Of a DNA stretch of 64,000 bases, positions 39,200 through 52,153 are shown piece by piece. The notes below the pieces were generated by a model, which saw nothing but the letters and a program-made list of their open reading frames with translations, made no database searches and was not told the origin of the DNA. The DNA comes from Chiloscyllium plagiosum. Taxonomy: Eukaryota. The position numbers and the translations under genes were made by a program. The stretch is from positions 33,441,520 to 33,505,519 of the forward strand of contig NC_057719.1 of the NCBI RefSeq assembly GCF_004010195.1, in the 5' to 3' direction. Within the stretch, counting starts at the first letter, position 1. Every line of letters begins with the position of its first letter.

Positions 39200-40400
39200 A
39201 ACATGGTCAGTCTGGAGTGACACTGCACAATTGCTGACCTTTGCCCTGGATATGGCAGATAGGGAGAAAATCAATACCTTGCTCTGTGGGCAGGGAACTG
39301 GAGGACCCATTGGGCAGAGTGGTACTGAGATAGAATAACCTCCTCCTCCTCCCAGACCAGCAGTTGAGGCCACGACACCAGGCCATGAGGTTTCCACCTT
39401 GGTGTGAATATTCTCACCGATGAGGAGTGCAGAGCATGTCGGGAGAAGGTCAATATCTTTCTCCATATCACCCAACTCACTACTGTCATCTCTCTCCGAA
39501 ACCTCACACTCATTCTCTGCTACTGTACTCACCTCCCACCAAAGTTCACCCTCTACCATTCTCATTAAATGTCTGTAACATCTTCCCAACACACCCTTAC
39601 ACATTCTTGTTCCCAATATCACTAACTCTACATAGTGTCTACTCTACCTTGTCACTTAGGAGACCTGCACTAACAATAATATTGATGTTGCTTACTTTAG
39701 TTTCTCATAATAGTTGCCTCTTTCTCATTCCCTGAAGAAAACAGCCCACAATAGGACAGAAAAGGCTTGTGTCAGATGGAGTGCTAGCCACTTTAAGCTC
39801 TAAAACCCCTGACAAGAAGAAAATCTGAAGTCTGACTGCCTCAAGTATGGCCTGGACAGATGTCGGAGACTGCCCCTGACTTACTGATCTGGGACTTTCT
39901 GACTGGAGTCGATCCTCCTGGACTTGACTGAGATACTGAAAATTATGACAAGCTTCCTGCTGTGTGTCTGCATTAAACAGCACAACAGTACAGGACTAAT
40001 GAAAGCTTGATACCTCTGGCTGAAGTGGCAAAGCACAAGAAGCTAAGGCAAGACAATGCAAGGCAGAGATGCTGTAAGTATCCACCTATCGGCTCAGACT
40101 GAATGAGCACCATGACAGCCAGCGAAGAGCCTAGAGATGCAGTCTGCTCCAATCCATGAGTTTTTTTGTCCATGAGTACAGTGTCCTTGCTGTAGCATTG
40201 CAAGGGCAGATGGTAGTGCAGTCAGAGATGTAGAATCAATGCGCAGAAGCATTCTATAAGTTGATTAGAAAAGTGCAATGAGGGCTTTTACAAGCTAGCA
40301 CATTTTGGATGCCAGCACATGTGCACATGGTATGTGTTTGGGTGGAGACAAGGAAGTGAGTCTTGAGATGTTGGTGCTTGGTTTCTAACATGGAGGTCAT
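39200..40400 (+). pseudogene. Second PIF/Harbinger Myb/SANT gene relic
   Basis: GRELED...CREKVNIFLH at 39290-39467; CT-rich intron; then KTAHNRTEKA after about 39737. Parallels the 11250-11963 relic. Confidence 0.55.
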
Positions 40401-41202
40401 TTGGAGCAAAAGGCAAGTAGATTGTACAGGCACTCTTGCACTTTGAATTCCCTGTCAAATTTCCTGATGTTGAGATTGTTTGGTGAGCTGCTAATACAGG
40501 AGGCTTAAACTTAATGAGGTGAGTTGGGTTGTTAACAAAGCATTTGACATGGAATAAAAACCAAGTAGAAACTTGCTCCTGCAGTGAGAATCTTGCCACA
40601 CCACTTGTGAAAAGCATAAAAGTTTGCACCTTCATTACCTCTGAAAGCTATGGACACAGGAGGGAGCTTGACAATGTTAAGTTAATTTATTTAACACTCA
40701 TGAACATTAAGTAACAGTTATGATTAGATTCACTTATTTTAATTATAAACTATACAATAATGTGTATTAACATAGATATGGGTTCAGCATATCCTACTGG
40801 CTCACAGCAGTGGATAAATATTTTTTACTGGAATAATACAAGTCTTCTGTTTTTTGACCTCTGGTGCAGGGAAGTGCCTCCATCCTCTGCACCTTATGGA
40901 TGGAATTTAATTTGATCTCACAAAGATGTGGCCTTTGCCACATGGAATGTGTGCGGGCAGAGTGTCAAGTCAAACCTGAATGAGTTGTGCTGCTGAAGAT
41001 CTGTTCAGAATATCTCAGAAGATGGGCAAAGGATCATCAGTTACCGGATGACAACTTAGCAAAATAGGGAAAAACAAGCTCATGAGAAGCTGGGAGTAAC
41101 TTTGAAATGATTCTTGTAAAAATTGTAATCCTGCAGACTGCATATTGCAACCTATAAATGTGATGTGGGTTTTGAGTGCATTAAAACAATTATAATGATG
41201 TC

Positions 41203-41370
41203 AGTTCTGAAGAACTGACCCATAATGTTAACTCTGCTTTCTCTCCACAGATGCTGACGGACTTGCTCAGTGTCTCCAGCAATTTGTTTCAAATTTCCAG
41301 TATCTGCAATTCTTTGGTTTTAGCTGCTAGACCTGCTGAATTTTCTCCAGCAATTTCTGGTTTTGTTTAA
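41203..41370 (+). mobile_element. Tandem Penelope-like terminal fragments
   Basis: gttctgaagaa...tgttaactctgctttctctccacagatgctg, with the terminus repeated. Confidence 0.6.
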
Positions 41371-43487
41371 TAATGATGTATTTTCTGTGGTTTATTGCAT
41401 TAGTTGCTTATTAAGCAATGATTAGTTGTTGTTTCATTTAGTCCGTTGCAGTAAAAATCCTCTTTGTGGATCACCACCTTGATATTTTGGAGAGACTTAC
41501 ACTTTGATGGTTCCTTGAGCAATGCAATTGGGCATTTGCTACTCCTGGTCGGACCAGCCTTGATGGCAAACTCAGGAAGGGGTGTGTCACATGATTGGCA
41601 CTTAATTCAGCAGATTTTTCTGAAAGAAGGCAAAACGAGCCTCTCAATCTGAAGAGTGACACTCTTGTAATTAAACACCACATAATGATTGAGAGGTAGG
41701 ATTTGTCAAGTCCCCAGAGAATCTATTAAATTCTAATGTTACCCTTGCAAGCAACAAACATTCATTCATGTTCAAGCTTTTGAGAGTGCACTTTTGTTTA
41801 GAACATTAACAATGTCTCATTTTCAATTTCTTTTGACTAAACAGTGATGTAAATGTATGGAATGTGACAGATTTGGTATAACGTAAAGTGAATCAAACCA
41901 AAGCTGTGAAACTTCAGCATTAGGGTTTGTTCCAAGAAATAATATTGGCTTGTAGCTAGCAAATAAAGTTGAAATTGCAAGAGCTGTCATTCCAATTTTT
42001 AAGATTTGTTTTTGTAATTAAAACAATTCAGTTTACAGTTACAGAGAAATGATTTCTTTCTCTGCATGGCTGCTAAAATCTAATTTTGTTTGATCTTTTT
42101 CACAAATAAATTAATTGCTTCACTCCCAGAAAGAGTACATAGGGTATATGTTGTCAGGACCACAAATCATTTAAATTTACATTTTAAAAAGGGATATTGG
42201 CAAATTTACTTCTCGGGATCTCAGAGGTTAGCAGAACAGAAAAGACCTTTAGTGTCACAGGTAGCCTTACCACCTCTTAGTGAGCTGGACACACTGGTTT
42301 ATCAGTGCAGAGTTGAAACTGGATTTTCTCACTTGATATGTATGCTGACATTTTTCACATTGGTCAGAGGAAAGCATATCTATATGAGTCGGTACTTTTG
42401 ATACAATGAGAAACCTTGGCAGAGTGGATACTCAGTGAGTTATTGCAAAAGGGTCTTGGAAACTCCTTTTATTCTGGAAATATCAAATAACAGCCTGTCT
42501 GGCTTAATAATATTGTTGGTATTGTACATCATCCAATTCACAGACAAAATTTTGGAAGCACTGACCCAGGCATTCTAAGCTGCATCTAATTCTGTACGAG
42601 CAGAATGATTGATGTTGGCCAAGCGAAAGCAAGTCTGTTTCCCTAACACCACAGATCTGTTAATGGTACATTCTACCAGAAGCAGCAGATGGCAATGCTA
42701 AAGTTTGCCATAAATACTTAAGGCTGCATTAAAACAGACAAATAGATTTAGCATCATCCTTCAGCAAAGAACAATAGCAACAGACGCCATCCAATCACAG
42801 GATTTGAATGCACTATTTCAATTTTATAGAATTGCAAACTCAAGTAAATGTGCAATATAACATATTTAATTTTAGTCATGAAACAAAGCATAAGCCTCAA
42901 TACCTAAGTGTACAATTTATTGTCTATGAACAGTAGTCTGTTAAAATTGAACACCAATTCTATTCAATGTTTTGAGATATTTAGCATATGGAAAGTATGA
43001 GTTACTTTTGAGTTTCACCTTTTCAAAAATTAAATTTAAAAATCATCTGGGGAGATGGTGGCATAATAATAATGTCATTCTACTAATTCAGAGACCCAAA
43101 CCTAGTGTTCTGGGGACATAGGTTCAAATCCGCCTACAACAGCTGGTGGGATTTGACGTCAACTAATAAACAGTTAATTTAAATCTTGTCTTAGTAAGAT
43201 AGACGATCATTGATTTTTGAACAAAGAAAAACATATCTAGGTAATTAATATCCTTTTGGATGGCAAATCTGCCATCTTTAACCAGTATGGTCTACATGTG
43301 ACTCCAGTCCCACAGGCGGACTTCAGCAAAGCATTTGACAAGGTTCTGCATGATAGACTGGTTACTCAGGTTAGACCACATGGCATCTCGGAGAAAGTGA
43401 GGACTGCAGATGCTGGAGATCAGAGCTGAAAAATGTGTTGCTGGAAAAGCACAGCAGGTCAGGCAGCATCCAGGGAACAGGAGAATC

Positions 43488-43515
43488 GACGTTTCAGGCA
43501 TAAGCCCTTCTTCAG
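43488..43515 (-). ncRNA. Minimal hammerhead ribozyme-like motif
   Basis: Minus strand CTGAAGA-A-GGGC-TTAT-GCCT-GAAAC-GTC with palindromic ACGT; helix I is weak. Confidence 0.6.
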
Positions 43516-44209
43516 GAATGGGGAAAGTTTGTCCAGCAGGCTAAGATAAAAGGTAGGGAGGAGGGACTTGGTAGAGGGGTGTTGGGAATGCGATAGGTGG
43601 AAGGAGGTTAAGGTGAGGGTGATAGGCCGGAGAGGGGTTGGGGGCGGAGAGGTCGGGANNNNNNNNNNNNNNNNNNNNNNNNNNNNNNNNNNNNNNNNNN
43701 NNNNNNNNNNNNNNNNNNNNNNNNNNNNNNNNNNNNNNNNNNNNNNNNNNNNNNNNNNNNNNNNNNNNNNNNNNNNNNNNNNNNNNNNNNNNNNNNNNNN
43801 NNNNNNNNNNNNNNNNNNNNNNNNNNNNNNNNNNNNNNNNNNNNNCCCCCTCCCACTCCGCCAAGGACATGCAGGTCCTTGGCCTCCTCCATCGCCAGAC
43901 CATGGCAACACGACGCCTGGAGGAAGAGTGCCTCATCTTCCGCTGAGGAACCCTCCGACCACAAGGGATGAATGCAATTTCTCCAGCTTCCTCATTTCCC
44001 CTCTCTCCACCTTATCTCAGTCCAAACCCTCGGACTCAGCACCGCTTTCTTGACCTGCAATCTTCTTCCCGACCTCTCCGCCCCCACCCCCTCTCCGGCC
44101 TATCACCCTCACCTTAACCTCCTTCCATCTATCGCATTCCCAACACCCCTCCCCCAAGTCCCTCCTCCCTACCTTTTATCTTAGCCTGCTTGGCACACCT
44201 TCCTCATTC

Positions 44210-44237
44210 CTGAAGAAGGGCTTATGCCCGAAACATC
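44210..44237 (+). ncRNA. Minimal hammerhead ribozyme-like motif
   Basis: CTGAAGA-A-GGGC-TTAT-GCCC-GAAAC-ATC. Confidence 0.55.
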
Positions 44238-45989
44238 GATTCTCCTGCTCCTTGGATGCTGCCTGACCTGCTGCGGTTTTCCAGCAACATATTTTTCAGC
44301 ACATGGCATCTAGGGGGAGATAGCCAATTGGATAAGGCTTGAAGGCAGAAGACAGAGGGGGTAGCAGAGGGTTGCTTTTCAGACTAGAGGCCTGTGACCA
44401 GCAGTGTGCCACAAGGATTGGTGCTGGGTTCACTGCTTTTTGTCATTTATACAAACAATTTGGATGTGAATATAGGAGGTATGTTTAATAACTTTGCAGG
44501 TAACATCAAAATAAGTGGTGTAGTGAACAGTGAAGAAGATTATCTTAGAATACAATGGGACCTTGATCAGATGGGCCAGTGGTCCGAGAAGTGGCAGATG
44601 GTGTGTCTATGGAATGAGCTGCCAGAGGATGTGGTGGGGACTGGTATGATTACGACATTTAAAAGGCATCTGGATGGGTATATGAATAAGAAGGGTTAAG
44701 AGGGATATGGGCCAAATGCTGATAAATGGGATGAGGTCAGAGCGGGATGTCTGGTCAGCGCAGACAAGTTGGAATGAAGGGTATGTTTCCGTTCTGTATA
44801 ATTCTATGACTCTGAGTAGTTGGCTGTTAACTGGCCTCAGCTCAAGGGCAACCAAGAATAGGAAATAAATACTTACTTGCCAGTTATGGCCATATTTAAA
44901 GAAAGAATAAAGGGAAAAGAAATTAGCTGAACTTGCAGAGAGTCTTGTTTCAGGTCTGAATATGGAGAAGAAAGATCAGCACTCAATCTGTCTGGTTAAG
45001 GAAATCCTCAGTTACGCTGCTAATGCAGGTCCTGTGACTTTCCAATTACAACAGTGGTGAGCCAATCAGCACTCATATCTCAACATAATTCCACCCCCTG
45101 CCCCCAAAATGGCTAGCTCAGGTGCACAATAAAATACCGTTTCATCATAAATTGGGGAAAGGTCATCTTTTGTCATATTTCCTGAATTTCACACTTCCTT
45201 GTGACACCAGGTCCAACAGTTCTCATTCACTCTACCTAAATGTAAAATGCTCCATTTTCCTCCGGCCCATCACACAGCAAGAAGCCAAACAGTAACAGAT
45301 GGTGGCTTGAACAAACATCACATCCTGAAGTAAATGTCCCTTAGCAAACTTTTCTGCGCATGTCCACATCTTGAAAGCATCATTCAAATAAAAATTCAGA
45401 TGAATTTGAGGAGTTAAAAACTAGAATGGAAGAGAATATATTCATAGATTGTTACTTCTAGATTTGAAACAAAAGTTCCATGGGCTGTACAGGCAGTGAG
45501 CTCCGGTACTGCCTATATGGAGAATCAAAGTAAGCCTGCTGGTAACATCTCTTTGGAATTGAATTTCTTCTATTTTTGATTTCTGGGTAACTGCTGATCA
45601 GAGATAAAAGTGAAAAAGCAATGCTGTTGGGTGTGGGTGTTTGAGCTTAAGGATATATTCTATGTGATCAAAAATAATTCATAAATCAAAATAAATGGCA
45701 ATGATTCTGTGTTTTACACAGTTGCAAAATATGATATTATTTATATCAATGCATTAATTTGTTGATACAGATTTACTCTATGTGAAATAATGGATTAACA
45801 ACGGGATTCTAAGAAGTCTTGATGTGTGGTGCGAGGTCACATGACTAGATGGGAATCTGGAGCTGTCCTATTAAGAAGGCATTCAAAGTTCATTGAGAAT
45901 GTTAAATAGGAAATTTGTAAATAAAAAAAAATTGTGTCGAAATGGAAAAAGATCCCAACAGAGTTAATCAAAATATAATCAGGCTCCAT

Positions 45990-46505
45990 TTCATGAAGAA
46001 AGGTTGAGCCAGTACTCAATGGAGTTTAGAAAAATGAGAGGTAACCTTATGGAAACATACAAGATTCCCTTTGGGAATTGACAGGGTATATGCAGAAAGG
46101 CCATTTCTCCTCATGGGAAGTGATTAGGACCAGATGGCATGAACTCAGAACAAGGGGTCACACATCTAAGATACAGTTAAGGAGGAATTTCTTCTCTCAG
46201 AGGATAGTGAATCTATGGAATTCTCTACCACAGAGGGCTGTTGAATTTACTTATTGACCCAATCTCAAGGGTGAGATAGACAGCAAGGAAATCCAAGGTA
46301 ATCAGAAAAGTGGAGTTGTGGATAATCAAATTATCTTGATCTCATTGAATGGTGGAGTAGACTGAATGACAAACAAAAACAGAAATTGCTGGAAAAGATC
46401 TGTCAGCATCTGTCGAGAGAAATCAAAGTTAACATTTTGGGTTGAATGACCCTTTCTCAAAACAGAAGTCTCATTGGGTTGAATGCCCTAACTGTACTCA
46501 TGGTC
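45990..46505 (+). mobile_element. Old CR1 3' end with a PLE fragment (46370-46465)
   Basis: tggagtttagaaaaatgagaggtaaccttatggaaacatacaag... Confidence 0.7.
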
Positions 46506-46789
46506 TTAACAGCTCAACAAGATGACAGGACACCATATAAGATATTTAGCAAAATAAGTGGGAACAAGAGGAGTGAACACTGCGTTTGAATCTGATTGCA
46601 AGATTTAATCAGAAAATATAGATAACATTACCTTGAAGAATAGTACTCCTATAATTCTGCGTTTAAACAAGAGGAAGTTTCCCCTTTGGTAGCCTCACAT
46701 CAAATTAGATTTGGGCGCAGTTCTGCAATCTGTGTTGACTGGAAATGGATTATGAACCTAACCCACAAAGTAATTCAACAGATCACATG

Positions 46790-47860
46790 GTGGAGCTACA
46801 GGGAAAAGCTGTACAGGCTGGGGCTCTTTTCCCGGGAGTGTCAGAGGCTGAGAGGTGACCTTATAGAGGTGTAAAAAATCATGAGAGACACAGATAAGGT
46901 AAATAGAGTGCAGGTTCATAGCTCCTTGAAAGTGGAATCGCAGGTAGATAGGATAGTGAAGGCGGCATTTCGTATGCTTTCCTTTATTGGTCAGAGTATT
47001 GAGTACAGGAGTTGGGAGGTCATGTTGCTGCTGTATAGGACATTGGTTAGACCACAGTCAGAATATTGCATGCAATTCTGGTCTCCTTCCTATCGGAAGG
47101 GTGTTATGAAACTTGAAAGGTTCAGAAAAGGATGTTGCCAGGGTTGGAGGATTTGAGCTATAGGGAGAGGCTGAACAGGCTGGGGCTGTTTTCCCTGAAG
47201 CGTTGGAGGCTGAGGGATGATCTTATAGAGCTTTACAAAATTTATGAGGGGCATGGTTGGATAAATAGACAAAAGTTTTTTCCCTGAGATGGGTGAGTCC
47301 AGAACTAGAGGGCATAGATTTAGGGTGAGAGGGAAAATATATAAAAGAGACCTAAGGGGCAACTTTTTCATATAGAGGGTGGTACATGTATGGAATGAGC
47401 TGCCAGAGAAAGTGGTGGAGGCTAGTACAATTGCAACATTTAAAAGGCATTTGAATGGGTATATGAATCAGAAGGGTTTGGAGGGATATGGGCCGGGGAC
47501 TAGATTGGGTTGGAATATCTGGTCAGCATGGACGGGTTGGACCGAAGGATCTTTTCCGTGCTGTAGATCTCTGTGACTCTATGATTTTATGACAAGGTCT
47601 TTTCCCTGGGCTGGGGGAGTCCAGAACTAGAGGGCATAACTTTAGGGTGAGAAGGGAAAAATGTTAAAGGGACCTAAGGGGCAACCTTTTCACACAGAAG
47701 TTGATATGTGTATGGAATGAACTGCCAGAGGAAGTGGTGGAGGCTGGATCAATTACAAGATTTAAAAGGCATCTCGATGGGTATATGAATAGGAAGGATT
47801 TGGTTGGCAAGGACGAGTTGGGCCGAAGGGTCTGTTTCCAAGTTGTACATCTCTATGACG
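46790..47860 (+). mobile_element. CR1 nested within CR1 (inner copy about 46906-47590)
   Basis: Outer copy breaks at ggtaaata and resumes at gacaaggtcttttccc; the inner copy has its own tail. Confidence 0.88.
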
Positions 47861-48889
47861 TTTGTGGTGGCATCATCTGGTAGTGGCAAGGTCATCAGCG
47901 GTTGGTCAGAAAGTGAGGATTGTTCCGCTTAGAACAGGATGCTGGATACACATGATCATGCAGAAGCCAAACAATTAACTATGCATGGTTAAGGAAAATG
48001 GCACACAATACAGTGATGACAGTGGGATATCTCTGCCTTCACCTCAAAGTGCTGAAGGTCCAGGTCATCATATTTAGTGCATACCCAGACTGGTGTTTAT
48101 TCCCTACAGTCTAGTGTTACTGTGGCTGTATTTGGAGACTCAACAGCTGTTATTGGAATCCTGCGATCTTTCAAACTCCCAAAAAGCCAACTGCCACTAT
48201 AATCGAACATCAGCTCATGCATATAGTTTTTCCTGGTCTATCTCAACTAAACCTGTCAAAATCTTTTACATCCTTATGTCATCTCACCTTAATTTCAGCT
48301 AGAGAAGTGACGATATGTAAGAAGGAACACCAGAGCTTGGGCCAAGACAGTTAAACCGATTGGGATGCACTGATGGCCAAATTAGAAGGTGAATATTATT
48401 CAGTTTTAAGTATTGCTAGAATGGTTTGACATGTGGCTGTGCAAGTCTCCATTTGAGTTCTGTTCCAAGCAACGGATAGGTTTAATATGGGGAGACTAAT
48501 ATCTTTTGACAGTCCAACAAGGGGACATTTCTAATAAATAACTGAGACTGAGACTCCTGACAAATCTGTTGGCATGGCTGCTTCTTATTTTGCTGATTTT
48601 GCAATATCTAAGATGTGCAAGTGTTTTAGCACACAACCAAAAAGAAATATGCATAGCAACGAAATAGACCACACTGCTTTCAATATGTAGCATTTGGCAT
48701 AAGTTAAGAATTACTTAACACTGTGTCAAATTTGTTACTGAAACTGATGTAAGTCCCTGTGTCACTAAGTGCCACTTAGTTTTAATCAATCTATTCAGAT
48801 GTGGTGTAACACAATTGCCAGGGGTTGAACCCAACCTTTTTGGTACAGAGAGATTAGGATATTAGCACTACACTACAAGATACTCTACT

Positions 48890-49062
48890 GGAGTCAGGCT
48901 GGGTAAAATCATAGTCATCCCAGAGGACCACAGGGTTGCTCTCTGAGAGAGATCACTGGTGGTGAGTTTAACCTCACCTCAGATTTGGGAAGAGGTTGAA
49001 AAGGCAAGACCTTAATGGAGTGGAAATTGAACCATGCCATCGCAAACCAGCCAACTGAGTTG
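48890..49062 (-). mobile_element. Decayed tRNA-derived SINE-like element
   Basis: Reverse A/B-box-like head (ggaaattgaacc...cagccaactgag). Confidence 0.45.
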
Positions 49063-50236
49063 TACAAATGCACAAATTCCATCTGTCTAATTGACTCTCT
49101 CGTAAAGACAATTGCATGTGTAGTTGGTTACCTTTAACAAGTTCTTGGCTGTGAACAGAATTATTGCACAAATTAACAAAATCATCCGAAACTTCTTAAC
49201 TCTCTCACTGAACATCTAATTATAATAACTTTACATAAGTCACTCAAAATGAAAGTAATATGGAACAAATTCTAAATCCACTGAGGAACATTGCCCAGAT
49301 TGGTCAAATCACTGAACACATCACCCTGGTTAATTTGCCAGGCAAGAAATGTAACCTTTACTACAACAATAGGTCGCAGTGAATTGACATGGGTCATTGT
49401 CTTTGAACTGCTGCAGCTAAAAAATTTAAGAGGACTCTGACTAACTGTTTAACTAGAAAATAGTCTGGTAAAAGAAGACAATGCAACATGACTTGACGGT
49501 GAATGCAGGCTTGAAATTCAAGTAGTTCTTCTTTTTGATACAAACATGACACAGCTGCACCCCTGTCAGGCCAAGAACAAGACTTCACACTTTCATCAAT
49601 AACACTTAGGGAGAAGATAGTTGATCAATCAAATGTCATGCTGGATTAAAGAAATCATTTTCATCCTCTAAAGGGAGCCAAGTCCAGCAGAGTTGTTTGT
49701 ATCATCTCATGATGCATTTCTAAGCAATTGGAAGAGTTGATACAGGCATGTCCAAATACAGCACATGATATTCAAAAATTAGAGATAAACATCAAAAGGT
49801 TTCAAAATGTCAATGGCACAAGTCACCATCACCTCTATAGTGACAATAGCATGGCACAGCTTGGACAAAGACAAAATTCCAGCTGTACTGTCAGCAATTG
49901 AAGGATTCTGATTCTTGTTGGAGGAAGAACATTCTTGCTGTCATTACTGCTTTTTATTAAGTATGTTTATCACTCTTGTTAAATGAATTCTACTTTGTGT
50001 CCACATTGTAGGTGAGCTCAGTGAGACCTGGAGAAGCTGTGAATTTGAGGTACAAAATTAAATTTCCTACAGATACTAGCAATCTGAATTTTCAATCAGG
50101 TTCGATTGTACAGTTATTGCAGTAAATTCAGCCTTAAAATTGACACAGCTATTATATGAACAATCAACGCACTAAATTAGCACAAACACCAGTGAGACAA
50201 TGAACCAGGTTATCTGCACTTTTGTTGACTGGACTC

Positions 50237-50875
50237 AGACATTTACAACAGAGAAGGTGGTCTTTGGCCCATAATATCTGTACAGTTCAATAAAGATCTG
50301 ACTACACAAATCCCACTTTCTAGTTTGTGGTCCATATGGCAACTGAAGCAGAAATCTAAATACTCTTTAAATCTTGACTCAAAACATCCTTTCAGATAGT
50401 GAGTTCCAGACACCAAAGACCCTCAAAGAAAAAAAAATCTTCATTCACCTCAGCCATCTACTCATTACCTTAAACTTATACCCCTGATTGTCGACCACTC
50501 TCAAATGAAAATGTACTTTCCAATCTCTCTCATTCACTTCTATCAGGTATTCTTTCAGCCTTCACTACTCCAAGGAAAACTAACCCCAGCCTATCCAAAT
50601 CTTTCTTGATAGGTTAGACCCTATAGTTCAGGCAGCAACTGGCAAATCTTCTCTGCGTCCTCACTAGTGCAATCACATCTTTTCTAACATGTGACTACCA
50701 GAAGTGCACAGAGCGCTCCAGTTGTGGCCTAACCAGTGTTTTATATAGTTCCAGCATAACCTCTTTGCTCTTGTTTTCTATGCGTCTGCTAATAAAAGGC
50801 AAATAATACATATGCCTTCTTAACCACCTTGTCTATCTGCCTTTCTACCTTCATATCGGTGGATGTGCCCACCAA
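50237..50875 (-). mobile_element. Old CR1 LINE 3' part
   Basis: Reverse CR1 motifs (gagcgctccagttgtggcctaaccagtg, atatgccttcttaaccacc). Confidence 0.75.
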
Positions 50876-51326
50876 GGAGCAAAGACAAAATTAAAAATGT
50901 ACAAAATGAAGTGTATTCATAACGTCTAAAAATTAACCACAGCTATTATATGAGCAACATGCATACAATGGTAATACTATTTTATTCCAAACATAGTCTA
51001 CGTTGAGTATTATATTCATTAGACCATTGAAACATTTATACTATGTGACCCTGATGGTGTTGTACTATTTAAACATACATTTCAGCAGTCATCATTATAC
51101 AATGCACAGTCTCATCACAAATCTTGCTGTCAAAATAGCTTGATGATATTTTGTGATCATAGAAACTTGTATTACATTAATTTCCCAACTGAAGTGCACG
51201 AAAGTGGTGTATGGGAACTGTAGCGGTAATTGCTGGTTGTCATTTAGTTTAACAGTGGCTGGTTTGACTCTTGCCAGTTTCATTGAGTTTTAATGATGTT
51301 CAAAATAAACTGATTTTATTTTACAG

Positions 51327-51437
51327 ACTTTCTCAACGATTGGAGGATCTAATTCCACGCCCTCACTGCTTTCCTGCTCCTCCAGAATGCAAAGAAATGA
51401 TGAATAGGAGCAACGCATGTAAAGCAGGGCATAGAAT
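51327..51437 (+). CDS. Candidate internal coding exon (111 nt, phase 2-2), product unidentified
   Basis: Branch-like ctgat, acceptor ttttattttacag, donor AAT|gtaagt. Only one frame is open: LSQRLEDLIPRPHCFPAPPECKEMMNRSNACKAGHR. Unique sequence, with higher GC than its flanks. Confidence 0.55.
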
Positions 51438-51609
51438 GTAAGTGAAACAATTTCTTTTCAATTTCCTTTATTTTACAAACAACACAAAAAATTCAAGGTT
51501 ATTCTGATTAAAATAACATTCATAAAATTGCTCTTCATTTTATAAGAGATTCTATAATGTGTTCCAGTAGCTGTCTCCAGCTTAAATCCTATGTATCTAT
51601 TTGTAGAAA

Positions 51610-51755
51610 TGATTTGGAGATGCCAGTGTTAGACTGGGGTGAACAAAGTTAAAAATCACACAACACCAGGTCTAATGAAGGAGCAGCACTCCGAAAGCTA
51701 GTGCTTCCCAATAAACCTGTTGGACTATAAACTAGTGTTGTGTGATTTTTAACTT
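51610..51755. mobile_element. Penelope-derived fold-back element (second family) with mutated hammerhead core
   Basis: Arms aagttaaaaatcacacaacac / gtgttgtgtgatttttaactt; core CTAATGA-AGGAGCAGCACTCC-GAAAGCTA-GTG. Confidence 0.75.
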
Positions 51756-52106
51756 CATATTTCTCGAAACCTATTTATGACATTAAAAAATGAAATACGC
51801 AAAATGCAAAGAAGAACGAAGCCAGAATAATAAAGAGAAATAACCAATTTCATGCTGCTGCCAATCAGGACAAAATGGTATGCAGTAATCCTCATTTATT
51901 TAAGCATTGTGATTTATTGTTGAGACAACCAAAGTATGCAGAAGCTCATGAATTGAGTATAGCTTCATGTAAAGGGCACACTCTCTACTCGCTTATTATC
52001 AATCACTTTCAAGACCTGCCAATGTAGCAAATATCATCATCATTGCTTCTTTAGTTTTGGAAAACTGCCTGTATTGCAAAACTTGTCAGTATTGTATACT
52101 TTACAG

Positions 52107-52153
52107 TGTTAGAACAGGGCATCATCCCTTTGCAATGCTGTCTGCACAAACAG
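52107..52153 (+). CDS. Candidate small exon (47 nt)
   Basis: Acceptor tatactttacag, donor CAG|gtgagc. In phase with the 51327 exon (VRTGHHPFAMLSAQT). Confidence 0.28.

Larger units (their letters stand above)
43389..44299 (+). mobile_element. Penelope-like element, 5'-truncated, with inverted terminal arms
   Basis: GIY-YIG C-terminus PSHSAKDMQVLGLLHRQTMATRRLEEECLIFR*GTLRPQGMN (43846-43975). Arms 43425-43658 and 44067-44299 are inverted. 12-bp TSD cacatggcatct at 43377-43388 and 44300-44311. Internal N gap. Confidence 0.88.
43316..44814 (+). mobile_element. CR1 LINE split by a Penelope insertion
   Basis: DFSKAFDKVLH before the insertion; VPQGLVLGSLLFVIY after it; tail at about 44805. Confidence 0.88.
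43049..44905 (+). mobile_element. Old tRNA-derived SINE split by a CR1 (head 43049-43315, tail about 44815-44905)
   Basis: B-box ggttcaaatcc at 43121; body stops at ...cccacag and resumes after the CR1 tail. Confidence 0.55.

Noticed and set aside
39158..39622. 154-aa minus-strand ORF
   Set aside because: It is the antisense of a CT-rich Harbinger relic; stop-poor by composition.
43459..44053. Long ORFs spanning X runs
   Set aside because: Artefacts of translating through the N gap.
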